This document shows positions 22,645 to 35,532 of a stretch of 64,000 nt of DNA, piece after piece. Below the pieces are notes generated by a model that was not told where the DNA came from, made no database searches, and saw only the letters and a list, made by a program, of their open reading frames with translations. Source of the DNA: Macrostomum lignano (Eukaryota); contig NIVC01002815.1 of assembly GCA_002269645.1 (NCBI GenBank), positions 25,673 through 89,672 on the forward strand. Reading direction: 5' to 3'. The position numbers and the translations under genes were made by a program. Within the stretch, counting starts at the first letter, position 1. Every line of letters begins with the position of its first letter.

Positions 22645-23869
22645 TTTTCTAGCTGTGGTGGCTGTTAGCTGGTAACTGCAATCTTGTTATTATTATCATT
22701 CAGTAAGCCCTGTCTCTTAACTTATTATTCAATTTTCTTCCAAGTCAACATGACCTTCTCTTTCTATCCTAAATAATAATTGAGATCCAGTTAAGCCTCA
22801 ATATTGTTTTGTTTATCTAAAACGGATTTTAGCATTCACCTACCTGCTTAGCTTGTAATTTTATCAGAATTCCGGGTGATGAATTCTTTAGAGCAGCAGT
22901 TGATTTTCTGCGAGCGAAACTATTTCCCCTGATTTTATGTGTAACCTTGTTAATATCTGTTCATTACAATCGTATTTTAACTTGATCAGACCGCTAAGAT
23001 GCTGCGATGGATAAAGTTAGTGCGAAGGTGTTATTTACTTTTTAGTGTATGTGAAAAATGATTTTAACTTAGCACAAATATAAAACTGAAAAAAACCTCT
23101 CCTTCACATTCACTTGGGAGTTGAAGAAAACGAGAAAACGATTTGATTGATCTTAAACTTTTGTTGGTTTAAACTTGTTTCATTTTTGCTGGCATTTCAA
23201 GTTCTGTTTGCTGCCTAAAATTGTTTTCGAAATTGTTCGCTGCCATTTTCATAATCATTGATGCCTGTATGCCCTCCGTGTACATGTACCGTGGTTGAGC
23301 CAGTTACCCTAAAATATTGTAGCTCTTTAGCATTCAGTATGCATAAGCTCAAAATAATAATATAATAATTGATTACACCTGCCCTAATGGCCAGATGTGC
23401 AACCAACAGCTCAGCCTCAGCTGTATCTGAAGGCTGTGTACGGCTGTTCAGTCCAAGGACTGGGGGTCGCCACACACACCCTCAATTGTACCATGACCTT
23501 TGTGCCCGCTGGGCACTATTCTTGCCTTTTAATGCCATAGACTACATTTAAGCCCGCTTGCAGGAGTCAAACTTACTTTAATGCAAATTAGCGGGCAGTT
23601 AATGACATTAAACCCCCGATTATCTATGCCAAACTTACTTTAATGCAAATTAGCGGGCACGTAATGTCATTAACTGCCCGCTAATTTTGTCCCACTTTGT
23701 CAAGGACAAAAATGTCTAAAATGACACAGAGGGCGCCGTTAGGCGCCCGAGGATTTCTCATTAACGCCCGCAAAGCATGGGTATTACTATTATTGTGCCA
23801 TAGACATTTGGCATAATAACGGCGCCCTATGATTTTCCCATTAACGCCCTTAAAGCATGGGTATTAATG

Positions 23870-24012
23870 TACCTAAGGTACTATTACCCCAGCTAATTCT
23901 GGTACCCATTTTACAGCTGGGTGAACTGAAGCAATGCAGAGTTAAGTGTCTTACTCAAGGACACAAATTGTTCCGAGTGGGTCGAGAGACGCTCTAACCA
24001 CTAGGCTATAGC
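23870..24012 (-). mobile_element. CORE-SINE-like element (tRNA head plus CORE domain)
   Basis: The minus strand reads TAGCCTAGTGGTTAGAGCG (A box) and then TGTGTCCTTGAGTAAGACACTTAACTC...CAGTTCACCCAGCTGTAAAATGGG, which resembles the MIR/CORE consensus from recall. Confidence 0.65.
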
Positions 24013-24558
24013 CCCTTCATGGAATTTTCACAGAACTACAGTGAGCTTGTCACACGGTTTTTACGAGCGTAATTTGCATTCATATCGAAACTCGCCTAAA
24101 TGTTGTCCCAAACTGAAATTCTTCCTGGACTTTGTGATTTAAACACTGTCCATTGATCTACCGGTCATTTTTGTAGATTTTATCCAGTACACTGCTCCAG
24201 CAGATGTTGCAGTTTTGTTTTTGATGCGTTGAAAAAATTAAGCCAGAGACAACAGAGAACTCTATTCAATATTGCGATGCTGCGCTTTTAAATTGTCAGG
24301 TTTGGGACAGCTGTGCCAGAATTCGCACAGCTCGGCGCTGGGGTGACTAACAAAGGTGGTTATCTCAGTTTTCCACATCAACTATAGCGGACTAGGGTGG
24401 CTGTGCGGGGGAAGGATAAGATGTACCTTTCTGTTTGCTAGTTTCAGTTGTAGAAAAGTAGTATATCAGTATTTTTGCAGATTAGTCTGTCTCAAGTCTC
24501 TCAGGCTCCACCCTTGGCTTCTAAATTAAAAAGTCCAGTTTTGCAGTTGTCAGTCCAG

Positions 24559-24939
24559 TCAGATCTTGCACTGGTAGTCGCAGTACTTCATAGACTCCCA
24601 GCAGGGGTTCTGGCAGCGCCAGTCGTTCTTCCCGCAGCCAAGTTCCTTCTTGCACAACTTGTAGTTCTCCTCGCAGCACTTGTTGCACCGCGCCTCTTCT
24701 GGGTGCTTCTCGTAGCAGTAGAGCTGCGGCTGCTCGGCTGAGAACGAGGAGCGCTTGTTGACTCCGCCGACTGCTCCGGCGATGGCGATTGCCATGAGCA
24801 GACTCAGACCACTGTGGGTGATGAGAAAAGCGTTAGTTTAGCTTTTACAGCCGTGTTATGGCTGACAATCTGTGTGCTAGATAAGCTGTCAAAATGGCAT
24901 TAGTGAAATTGGCACTTACAAAATCTGGTTGACGGACAT
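24559..24939 (-). CDS. Secreted 90-aa cysteine-rich peptide precursor (10 Cys), unknown family
   Basis: Exon 24939-24920 (ATG...TT|GTAAGT) and exon 24811-24559 (CCCACAG|), with a phase-2 match. Protein: MSVNQIFGLSLLMAIAIAGAVGG-VNKR-SSFSAEQPQLYCYEKHPEEARCNKCCEENYKLCKKELGCGKNDWRCQNPCWESMKYCDYQCKI. Confidence 0.8.
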
Positions 24940-25593
24940 GCCGAATTTGCTGTAGCAAGATTACGTCTGACAAATTGGTTTGAGACCGAACGGTAGGTTG
25001 CACCTGAAAACTTCAGAGGCGGCGGGTCCTGCCTTCGGTGCCTGCTTAGCTGATTTATTGATGCAAGGGCGGGCCTCTCCCCTTGCTTGAGTCTATTGCT
25101 GAACCAATCGAAGGCTTCGGCCTATGGCGTGAGTAGTGCCGATACTCGCGTACTGAAGTGCACCTACTTTAGTTAGGAATTTCTGTGACTGATAAACGGT
25201 GACAATCTTTTCACGGCTGGTGAGCGCTTTGTAACCGAACTGACGTTTAATCCTGCTTACTTCATGGCGAGTTCAACCAACTTACATGTACGTCATCACT
25301 CGAAGCGCAAGAGCAGTTTTTCATTATCAATTGTATTTTATATCAATTTCAAAAAGTATTCATACCTTTATCAAATTTTTTTTATTAATTTCAAATATTA
25401 TTTTAACAGTATCTAATATCTTTATTTCATTATCCAATAATATTTACGCCAATATCAAATACAGCTTCAGGAAAAATTGTTGCATACTTTAGCTCGTAGA
25501 ATCATCACTACGAGCACATCACTAACAGTAGTTTCTTAGGGAAATTTAAATAACCTTACAAGTTTTGAGAGTTGCAATTCGAGTGTATGAAAT

Positions 25594-27021
25594 TCATATC
25601 AGTTTAAAGCAGTAGTACTCGATGATCAGATAGCTCGTATATGGCGGGCACTTTGTCCCCAACAAACTCTCGTCGGCGGTGGCCTGGCAGCTCCGTTTGC
25701 CTTGACAGAGTCGTCGGATCTTATGCACAGCGTCGGGGTCCGTGCACCACTGCCTGAGGTACAGATGGCACTGCCACTGGTTCTGGCGCCTGCCATAGAA
25801 TACGTAGCTGACCACGACTTGGTGCCCCCTTGGACACCGTAGCTGAATAGTCTCTCCTGGGCAGAACAGAGCTTCTTGAATTTGGCCTGAGTTACATTAT
25901 ATGGGTGATCAGTACATGATACAAATTACTATGCATGTACACCCAGGAACACTAAACTGCTACCCTATCACACAATGAGTGATCTGGAGCTCTCTTGAAG
26001 GTCAGCTGCGTATTATACGCAGTCATCTCTGCTTAACTTTGCTGTATTCAATTAGCAAACGACTAAAAGGCCTTATAAATACAATAATACAAAAGTACTT
26101 AAATAACTATGCGCTATTATTTCATTGATAAATTAACCAATTTCATAAAGTACTTTTGATTGAATGGCAAAGTACGTACGACATAGCCTACAGTTGTGCA
26201 TGAAGAACTAAGTATTCGCAGGAGGGCTGCGGGCACCCTGCAGCGCAACGCCTTCGACGACATCATCCAACAACCAGCGTCGAGGCAATTCTGCCTATTC
26301 CCCTGCCTCCTGAGCACATGCAAGTTCTCCAATACTGTATGCAGACGTTCTCATACACGCTCACACAGGGTGTACAGCAGCCCCTACTTTCTAATCGCCA
26401 GGCATGTACACTCTCTGTGACCTTGGGGGTAGGACCTCATGGGTATGAATCGTACGACAACCCCTAGCACCATTATTGGTGCACAAGCCCGAATGAATGT
26501 AGCCGCCCACTAAATCAAACCAATTGGGTTGTGGGCCTGTGGCGCAAGCTGCTCTGCCAACCGCCCCTATACACTTGTTAAGTGGACTGGTTTGTGCGGC
26601 GAAAGTGCACAAACCGGCTTTAGTGCCCAGCGCGTTGATTGTACATCGCCGCCTGCCCCCCCCCCCTTGGGTGGCAGGGGTGTTTTTAAACCCCCGTCGC
26701 GCTCTACTGGCGGCTCACTTTGCCTTCTCGCAGTGAGTTCGTGTTTTTATTGCTTTTGTTGCTGGAAGCACTAACTGTTTATATTAAGCCGTTACCTGTT
26801 TACCCAACGTTGATTTTATTCAGATTGATGAAGTACAACTTCAAATACTTCAGATTGGATAAAGTACCTTAACTGCTACCGAACGTCGCGGAGTAGTCAT
26901 GACTCATATGCTGAAAACATGAGTAATGTATATATATAGCTAATCTTGTAAACTCAAGTTACTCACCAGCACTGAAGCCCGTTAGAAATGCTGAAATTGC
27001 AATAACTGCATGCAGCCTCAT
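25594..27021 (-). CDS. Secreted single-domain SUEL/rhamnose-binding-lectin-fold protein (115 aa)
   Basis: Signal-peptide exon 27021-26967 (MRLHAVIAISAFLTGFSA, G|GTGAGT) and exon 25886-25594, with a phase-1 match. Eight-Cys SUEL pattern with YGR, CQGKRSC and YLIIEYYC. Confidence 0.85.
26335..26570 (-). mobile_element. SINE-like element, family B, in lectin intron
   Basis: The reverse complement matches the 3' body of 7310-7460 and 39060-39280. Confidence 0.55.
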
Positions 27022-28806
27022 TAGTTTTGCCGACTGACAACTATTGCAAGGTGTAGTTCATAATAGCTCCTTTGCCATGATCAGCTAGAAACTGAACATT
27101 CAAAGTTGAAAGCCTACAGAACAAAGATAGTTTGGGCCATAGGAGCAAATTTCTGAGCGAAAAACGTGATTGAGAGACAAACTTGAAGTCGCCACCAACA
27201 TGCAATATATTGCCATAGACTGTGTAAAAAGATTGAGAGCCAGCATACGAATTTATGAAAGCGGCTTTGCCCTGCAGATACCACAGAATATACACAGAAT
27301 GGCGAATCGGCAGTTCTCTATGAAAGCGAAAATAAATGCGCTTGCACTACTAACGTTGTGAAGCTGATAAATAGCAGCGATTTTTTTAACGCAAAGTTGA
27401 ATGTAAAATTCGAGCTCAAGATAGCCTTTGAAAGCTTTGAGTCGTAGTTTTGACGCTGCAGATGAATGCTGCGCTATCCTTGTAATTTAATTTGTTCATA
27501 ACGGTGCGTGCGCAAAGTCATGAGCAGTATAGTAACAACTGTTATAACCTCATTGCCATGTATATGTAAGCTAAAAAACAAAAGTAACAAACATATAACA
27601 ACAGGTTAAGTTCTTCGAGGACGACAGGGATTTTGTGCAGCCCCTTCGTTTGAGCAGAAAAACACATTTGAAGATCTAAAACTCACTGGTTTGCCACTTA
27701 TCTGCCAAGTGACTGCTTGCATCAGTATTTATTGTAAAACTGAGAATATCAGGACTGATGAATTATTGGCGACCAGTGATTTTTATTTATTGGTTGTTCA
27801 CCTGTCCCAGAAGTCTGTGCTCAGTTATCACTTATCAGACTTGTAGCACTGATGCTAATCAACTCGTTTAAAAATATGTATCTCAGAGACTACTCAATAA
27901 CTAGTATGTATCTATCTTTATTCTAATAGGCTTTAGCTTTGGATGTCCCATTTCTAATTCCGCATGACTAAAGCAGACTACCGAGCATAAGACAGAATGC
28001 CGAATTTGCAGTTGAAATCATAATGCAGCTCAACGGGCTTTAATATGAATAAATTAATTAATTAAAATTTTACTTGCTAATTCAAAACTGAGGGCATAAA
28101 CATTTTTAAGCGTATGAAGGTAAAAAGTCCATGGCATTTCAGTTTTCACTTCAAATAGCACTACGTTCCAAGGCTGCATGGGGCGTGAAGATGGTATGAT
28201 GGATTGAAACTTGAAGAGTCGTACAGTCGATATAAAAAATAATCGTGGGAGAATAAATATATAATGCATTTCTAATATATAAAAATATTATTAAGAAAAC
28301 GTAAAATTTTATTGAAAAAATGGCGCGGTTTTTATACTTTTGATTGGGTGATTAGTTCACGAGCTACCGTTGTCTTTTTTATGGACATCGTTAAGTAAGT
28401 AAATCACAATGAACCTTGTGTATCAAAAAGCAAAATCAGTTCACATTCATTTGCCTGAGAGTTATTTCTAGTTCCACTTCTGAAATATCTTAGTCAGTTT
28501 TGGGTGTTTTGCTTAGTGACTACATGTGCTTTTGCAGTCGAAACTATATTCAGATGCTTCGAGTAGAACAGCTGGTTTATAAAAGAAAAAATAAAATTGG
28601 AATGCAATATATGCCACTTCACTGCTAATTGCTTTAAAAACAGACTTTTAGCTATAGCTCGTAGTAGAAAAAAGTAGCTTTTACTTGGGGCCAAGTTTGT
28701 TATCTTACTTAAAAAGTTAGTCGGTCAAAAATACCCTAAGCCGACGTTCGGACGCAAATCTCAGATGTTATTATCCTTGTGATTGATTTTCTCCTAAAAT
28801 TTAGAG

Positions 28807-31800
28807 CTACATTTCTTCTGCACCAGCTACAGCAGCGGTTTCAACGTCATCCTGCTCAGATTTGTTGTCAGGCAATTTGGAGCTGACGTCACCCAGTTGA
28901 CAATTTTCCTCTGCATTTTCACTCGGCTGCTCAGCACAATTTCCGGTCGTGTTGCCGAAGCGGCGTTTAACTAGCAGATAGGCGGCCAGCAGCAGGGCGA
29001 AGTAAGGCAGCCTGGCCAGCATGGGGATGCCGTTAAACAGAATCCGAAGTCGCGTCCTGTCGTACAGCAGGCAGTTGCGTTCTCCAGCTGAGCCGCTGGT
29101 GGCTACCAGGCACGCGGATTCATAAATACGACCGCAGAAGCCGCCCATGATGGAGGCTGAAAGGTCATCAAGTGCTTTCAAGTGCTTTTGTTCAATTCAA
29201 TTTGATTCTTGTTCTTCATCGGAAGCCTAGGCGATTTTAGACACAGAATGGGGCTGAGGACGGGCCAGAATATTTGCGGTTCTAGGTTCTAGCGGGTCCT
29301 TGTTAAAGGGTACTTGTGCTTAGGCAAGTCACCTGTGTTGTAGAATGAATAAGCCAGTCAGTCTGCAAGTTTGTAGGCGAAACTCTCAAGCTCTCAAACT
29401 CTCCACGCTCTAACTTATGTATCATACGCTCGTATATTGTACTGCGATCGATAGCTAAGAGGTGTACACACAATTACGCACACGCATAGAGTAGCGATCG
29501 ACACAACAACCTGCTGTTGTCACATCGTACAGGACAAAACTTTGTTTGTGAGCGCGATTGTTAAGAAAAATGAATGCGAAATTTCTAACCAGTTGGTTGT
29601 AACTCTGACAATCAATGATGCGCCCAGACATCAATTGCGCTGGCGAATCCAGTGGGTTCCACTCGACATTTAGGGACATTAATTCCTGGGACCCTCTAAG
29701 CCATAGCCATAGGCAAGTCTCAATATGGAAGACTTGCACAATATGGTGTAAGTCTCAAAAATTTTCAAGTACCCGATGGGTTCAAGCATTTCACTACTCA
29801 TTAACATGCATCTGGGGTGCATGTTATTGCTTAGTTTTAGTCATTTGTGAAAAAATATTCATTGTCTATACCTCCAAAACCATATAGACAATCTACCAAT
29901 GATGCACGGACCATTGAGAAACAATGGTAGGTTGTGCATATGGTTTTGGTATATGGCTTCGCCACTCGTGAAGAATTAATCATTGTCTACCCCCAAAACT
30001 ATATGCACAGAAACATTGTCTCATGAATGTATGTTTAATAGCCTTGAATAATGATTTCGAAGCGTTGAATAACTAGCGTACGGCATGGGACATTGATGTT
30101 TGTCATGGAGACTTAAGAAAATAAGAAGAAAATAAAGCTTAGGACAGCTTTTTATGAGTTTTTGCATTACCCTCGTACTGTGCTTTTTTCACAAAAGTTT
30201 ATCCATAAAGTAAAAAAATATCGATAGGGTTGTATGTATGGAGCCTTCTATTCCTATAGTTTAGTTGAAAATATCTCAGCAATGCAATTAAGTATTACTA
30301 ATATGTTACCGGCAAGACTGAAGAACAGCGAGATAATCCCGACACCCATGGCCTCGTCGTCCTTTGAGTCTGTCACTCTAAAAATCGTACGGTTCCTCTT
30401 TTGATTATTGCCTAATAAATGCCACAGCATCAAATTTTTGCAACATGCGCACCTCATCACTAGTAAGAACCATGACACATACGACAGGCCGTCAACAAAA
30501 TGTGCGATGAATTTCAGCACGGAGAAGGCATAGACCATGTCGCATACACCGTAGCAACTGCCTGCCAGTGCAGTGCTGCTGACAAGGCCTTGTTCAGCGG
30601 AGTCCGTTAAACTGTAGTTTACAAATGCCTGTTCTAAACAGTTGCAGTTGCTAAACACCATCTCCGTAGGCTGGCATCGGAAATAAGTTATAATGAGTAA
30701 TTACTTAATAAAAGCAATTGATTAGCAGAAACAGATCTTCGATAATAACAAAAGAATTTGTACCTGGTGTGTCCCGTTCTCAGCAACTGCTACAGACATT
30801 GTCCCTGTACACCCAGCATGACACGGTGACATGTATAAGTTTCCATCAGCTCCGCACACTGGCAGATTGTTCAAGAGAGTGGCATCGCATCTGCACTTTG
30901 CAGCGCAGTCGGAGACGCTACTGACGTTGCTGTCCATTGTTTCTGTGAGGCTGTGACGGCGGTTATCGTCTTACGAGCTTTATGGAAATAAAGCCGTTTT
31001 GCACTTTTTGGCAAAAATGAATGCCGATGTACGAATCAACGAACGGTTAATGTTGCCTTTTTTATAAATACACATGGATATATGAAATGAGCCATAGGAT
31101 CAAAGTTCTAGACTCGATGATTTCACTAACTTTCCTTTAACGTACCTGGGATCATTCTTACGTGTACAGGTAGTGGGAACCAGTACCCTGCATGATTGAA
31201 AAATCTAGCGTGATTACGTTACACATCTACAGCGATGCATTGGTAACTTTGGATGGATACATCCAGCACAATACCTTGATATTTTAGCATGTGAATATAT
31301 CTGAGTGCACATCTTGTTCGGTGTTTTCTGAACGATGGCATTGAAATGCATTGACAAATCGATAGCACAAATAATCGAGATGAAAATATGTAATCTTACA
31401 CGTCCGTATTGATCCTTTCGGAGGGACAGTCCAGAAAGAATGCTGGCGAATTCAGTACGGTGGTCACCAGAAAGATACCACAGATGAGTCGCATCATTCC
31501 AACCACGTCAAGCTGCAAGCGCGACACCAAGTAGCCTCCAGCTAGTGTTGCCAGTGCGGTTGGCAGCGCATAGGTGATGCCAACGTACTGTCCTGCTGCC
31601 GAGGGCAATACGTTAAAGTAGTTCTCGTAGTACTTGACAATAAACAACACTTCGAGACCTGAACCGAGCAAACTGACCACGCAGGACAGCATGACCAGCA
31701 TGAGGATCGCATTGGTCATAGTGCGCTTCACGGCGAGTGACAAGTCGCGAAGACTGTGAAGGAATTTTGCGCAATTCCCGGCCCCGCGCGGCTGCGATTC

Positions 31801-32847
31801 GCACGACCTGTGGCGACTCATACGGCGCACTATATTTGCCTCGTTTAGCGGAGTCTCAGGATGAGAGGCGTCCGGATCGTCTTCAGCATCACAGGGATCG
31901 TCTTTCTGCTCATCCGGTCTTTCCGAGCAGCAGAACGCGTCTTCAAGTTGGCGGGGAAACAGCAGCATGGGAAAGCCAAGCAGGCTGGTAAGCAGGCCGA
32001 GACTGAGAAACCCCAGCCACCAGTTGCCAATCCACATGCTGTCGGATTCACGCAGACCAGATTCGCCAAATGATTCGTGCAGTGCTAAAAACTGCCCGAT
32101 CAAGTAATAGCCCAGCATTGGTGATATTGATCGAGCAGTGATGACCAGGCCGATGTAGATTGGCGACCGAGACGGGGTGGCTGAGTCCTCGACCATTGTG
32201 AATAGCACTGACCAAGAGGGGGCAGAAGCGGCGCCCTGAACGATCCCGACAATCATAAAGATGGCAAAGACTACTTTGCGGGCTTCAACTTGATTGGTCG
32301 CGGATGATTCCGATGTTGTTGAACCCAACCTCGGATACTTGTTTGACTCTGAGGATTTGTTGAACATGCCTGTTGAGTTCAAATCGAGGATTTTTCCACG
32401 GCACAATAGGTCGTTGTTTTCAGCAGCTAATGCTTTCAGCTGCTCGCTGTCGTTCTTCCAGCCGAGCTGTTGATCCGTGAGAGTCAAATAGCGTGCAATC
32501 TCGGCGTTCGAGTACTTCGGGCCGTAGATAAAATATGGAAGTGCGTAGGCAGCCGTGGACAGACCCATAACAACTGCGCCCAGGCCCAAAATGCGAGGCC
32601 TGTGACCTCGGTTGCCATAGAAACTAACTAGCGTCACAGTTGCAGCGAAGCCAATATCATTCGCCACTATGATTCGCCCCGTGTCCTCTGAATCGAAACC
32701 AAAGCGCCGCTCCAGAGTTGTCGTCATGCTCGATAAAAACACGTAGGATGCGTTGTAGGCGATGCCTGCTGAGATGCTGACTAACAGAAAGCACAGCAAC
32801 GACCGAATTTGTCCGGCGCTTCTGAAACTGCTTTCGATTTCTGACAT
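28807..32847 (-). CDS. SLCO: Organic anion transporting polypeptide (OATP/SLCO family), ~756 aa, 5 exons
   Basis: Exons 32847-31400, 30950-30764, 30670-30453, 30377-30310 and 29156-28807 have matching phases and total 2271 nt. Motifs: TTLERRFGFDSEDTG, SFYGNRGHRPR, WIGNWWLGF, Kazal-like PVCGADGNLYMSPCHAGC and CLLYD. Confidence 0.92.
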
Positions 32848-33515
32848 AATTTATTACCTGAACTGTACAGTTCTGTTCTTTGCAGCTAATGCAACTTTGA
32901 GCATTAATTCCTCAGCGGTGCGATGGCGCCCAGCTTCTCTCGTCACTCTTCTTAAATTATATACGATACGCTTCTTCCGCTAACCAAGAGCTACCAGGAA
33001 AAGGAAAACTAAAATGACACGAGCCACATCCAACGCCGCACCTCTCCTTGTGTGACCTCTTTTCATCTCCACCCCTCTCACCCTCCGCTATCGTTGCATC
33101 GTTTGCTGGGAAAGGCAAATTCTAACAAAATGTCTGTCGACAGGCGCACACGTAAAACCCAACCTTCCGAAGAACACAAATTCAGCACTGATGGCGACGT
33201 GCAATGAATTTTATCAAGCACATATTTGCCCAGTGTCCCCGCCCATGACTGATAAGTGCTTTATTTACTTAGCCACCATATTGCTGTCGGAATGTGTAAG
33301 GACTATTCGCTGGATTGCGCTCGTATGACAGCCTACGTTTTCAACTTTTCCTGTTTTTTGTAGCCTAGCATCTCTTCTGCCCCGAAGGAGCCAGTCTGCT
33401 TTATTGTGGATTTTTCTTTTGTCAATTTACTTAAAGTAGTCAGATAAAATTCATGAAATTCATCACAAATATAAGCACTAGGTATCATTGTGAGTGAGTG
33501 AATAGAAATAGTAGT

Positions 33516-33760
<245 letters not shown>

Positions 33761-35204
33761 TCACAACATATACCTATACGTTATTCTTTTCAAAGCTGTC
33801 TACTCTTAGTAAGCTTAGTACTCATCAGCTTCTCAAAGAAAGCAATGAATTATTAAGCATTTATACGGAAGGCAAGACATAAAAGAAATACAGAAGAGGA
33901 TTAAAAAGTTGAGAAAGTTGAGACGCGTTCAAAAAGTTGATAGCAATAGGAGAATGGAAGTTAATTGAAAAGTCACTACGTATTTTTCGATTAGCAAGAT
34001 TGTCTGTTTTAGGTTTTAGGTGGAGATTCAGGGGCTGTTAAATCTACCCAGAAGAAACCTTGGCCTGTGACGCAACCTAACGAGCACGTGGCTAAAATTT
34101 AAGCAGATCAAACGTTCAGGTAGCTAATTAGTCAACTTACTGCAATAAATTATGCATGTCAGGTCATAAATGCAGCCCAGCAACTCTGCAACAATAGCAA
34201 GCAGGCTTTCATCGTTTCAGACCACGCCCATTTGTCCCACGAGCTCTAAATAGAATGGCACACCTTGCACGACAACATTCTCACGGGAACACATTTGAGT
34301 TCGGCTAATTTAGCTTAATCCTTTCGGATGAGAAAATTTTATGGCAAAACGCACAGCCTATCTGAGATAATTATAGCGTTGAGCGCATCATAGTCACAGT
34401 AAAAATGCAGTAGTCGAGTCTCACTGCCTTGCCTAACCAACGTATTACTAATTTTTACCTTGATATTACCTTGATAATAATAGAATGAATGCAGATTTTC
34501 CTGCCGAATACATGCGCAGTCAGGAGATTCCATCTCTAAATTTATTAGAGTAGATTGAGCCAACAATATGCGAATTTTGATGGAGCCATGAATAGATAGG
34601 AGAAACCTGCCCATTCAATATTGAAGTTTTGCTTCTGAAGTGTGCCTGTGTGTCAACTCTCTCACGACACAAAGCAAAATGAGTAAATGAACAGCGACCC
34701 ACCTCAGAATTCTGTCTAGAATTATGTAAAAATAAACATGCCAGTGAGAAGCTGCGATAGAGGCAGATAGTTGTGAAGCTCATGTAGTTAAGAGGGCGGA
34801 CTGTTGAGACAGAAATTTGAGCACAGATGTCGTGGGTCGTGGAAGAGTATTAGACACCCTCATTGGCAGTCATATTCAGGTGCTTTCATTGTTAAATTTC
34901 AGTTGTGGGCTTGTAATATTCGTTTTTTAATGCTCATTTAATCTATTGTGCATTGCACACACACTGCTCTAGTGAGTGCTCTACTGCCCTGTGCTTTTGT
35001 CCTCCGCATCAGTAAATTATTATAAGGACTGGCGTCGCGAGTCTGGGTGAGTTTTTTTATATACACTCCACTTGTTAGCAATAAAATCTGTTGAAAAAAG
35101 CGAGAACATACTGGCTCAGATTAATATCACTCTAGAGATGCAAACGGCGGGTAAGCAGCATTTTCATACCAAAAAATAAAGCTGAGCAAAATTAAATTAC
35201 TACA

Positions 35205-35532
35205 GACGGGGTCAAAACACCGCTATTAGAATGCAGGACCCCGATCGGAAAACTTGCATCATTACTATACTGACGGGGCCAGAACACCGCTATTAGAATG
35301 CAGAACCCCGATCGGAAAACTTGCATCATTACTATACTGACGGGGCCAGAACACCGCTATTAGAATGCAGGACCCCGATCGGAAAACTTGCATCATTACT
35401 ATACTGACGGGGCCAGAACACCGCTATTAGAATGCAGGACCCCGATCGGAAAACTTGCATCATTACTATACTGACGGGGCCAGAACACCGCTATTAGAAT
35501 GCAGAACCCGATCGGAAAACTTGCATCATTAC
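35205..35532. repeat. 67-bp tandem repeat, ~5 copies
   Basis: Units start at 35205, 35272, 35339, 35406 and 35473 and are nearly identical. Confidence 0.97.

Noticed and set aside
23990-24012. tRNA genes (also 7310 and 21400)
   Set aside because: Only A-box-like heads are present, with no cloverleaf or intact B box. They are better explained as SINEs.
35205-35532. CRISPR-like array (also considered for 16995-18218 and 61276-62423)
   Set aside because: The units are contiguous with no unique spacers, there are no cas genes, and the context is eukaryotic.
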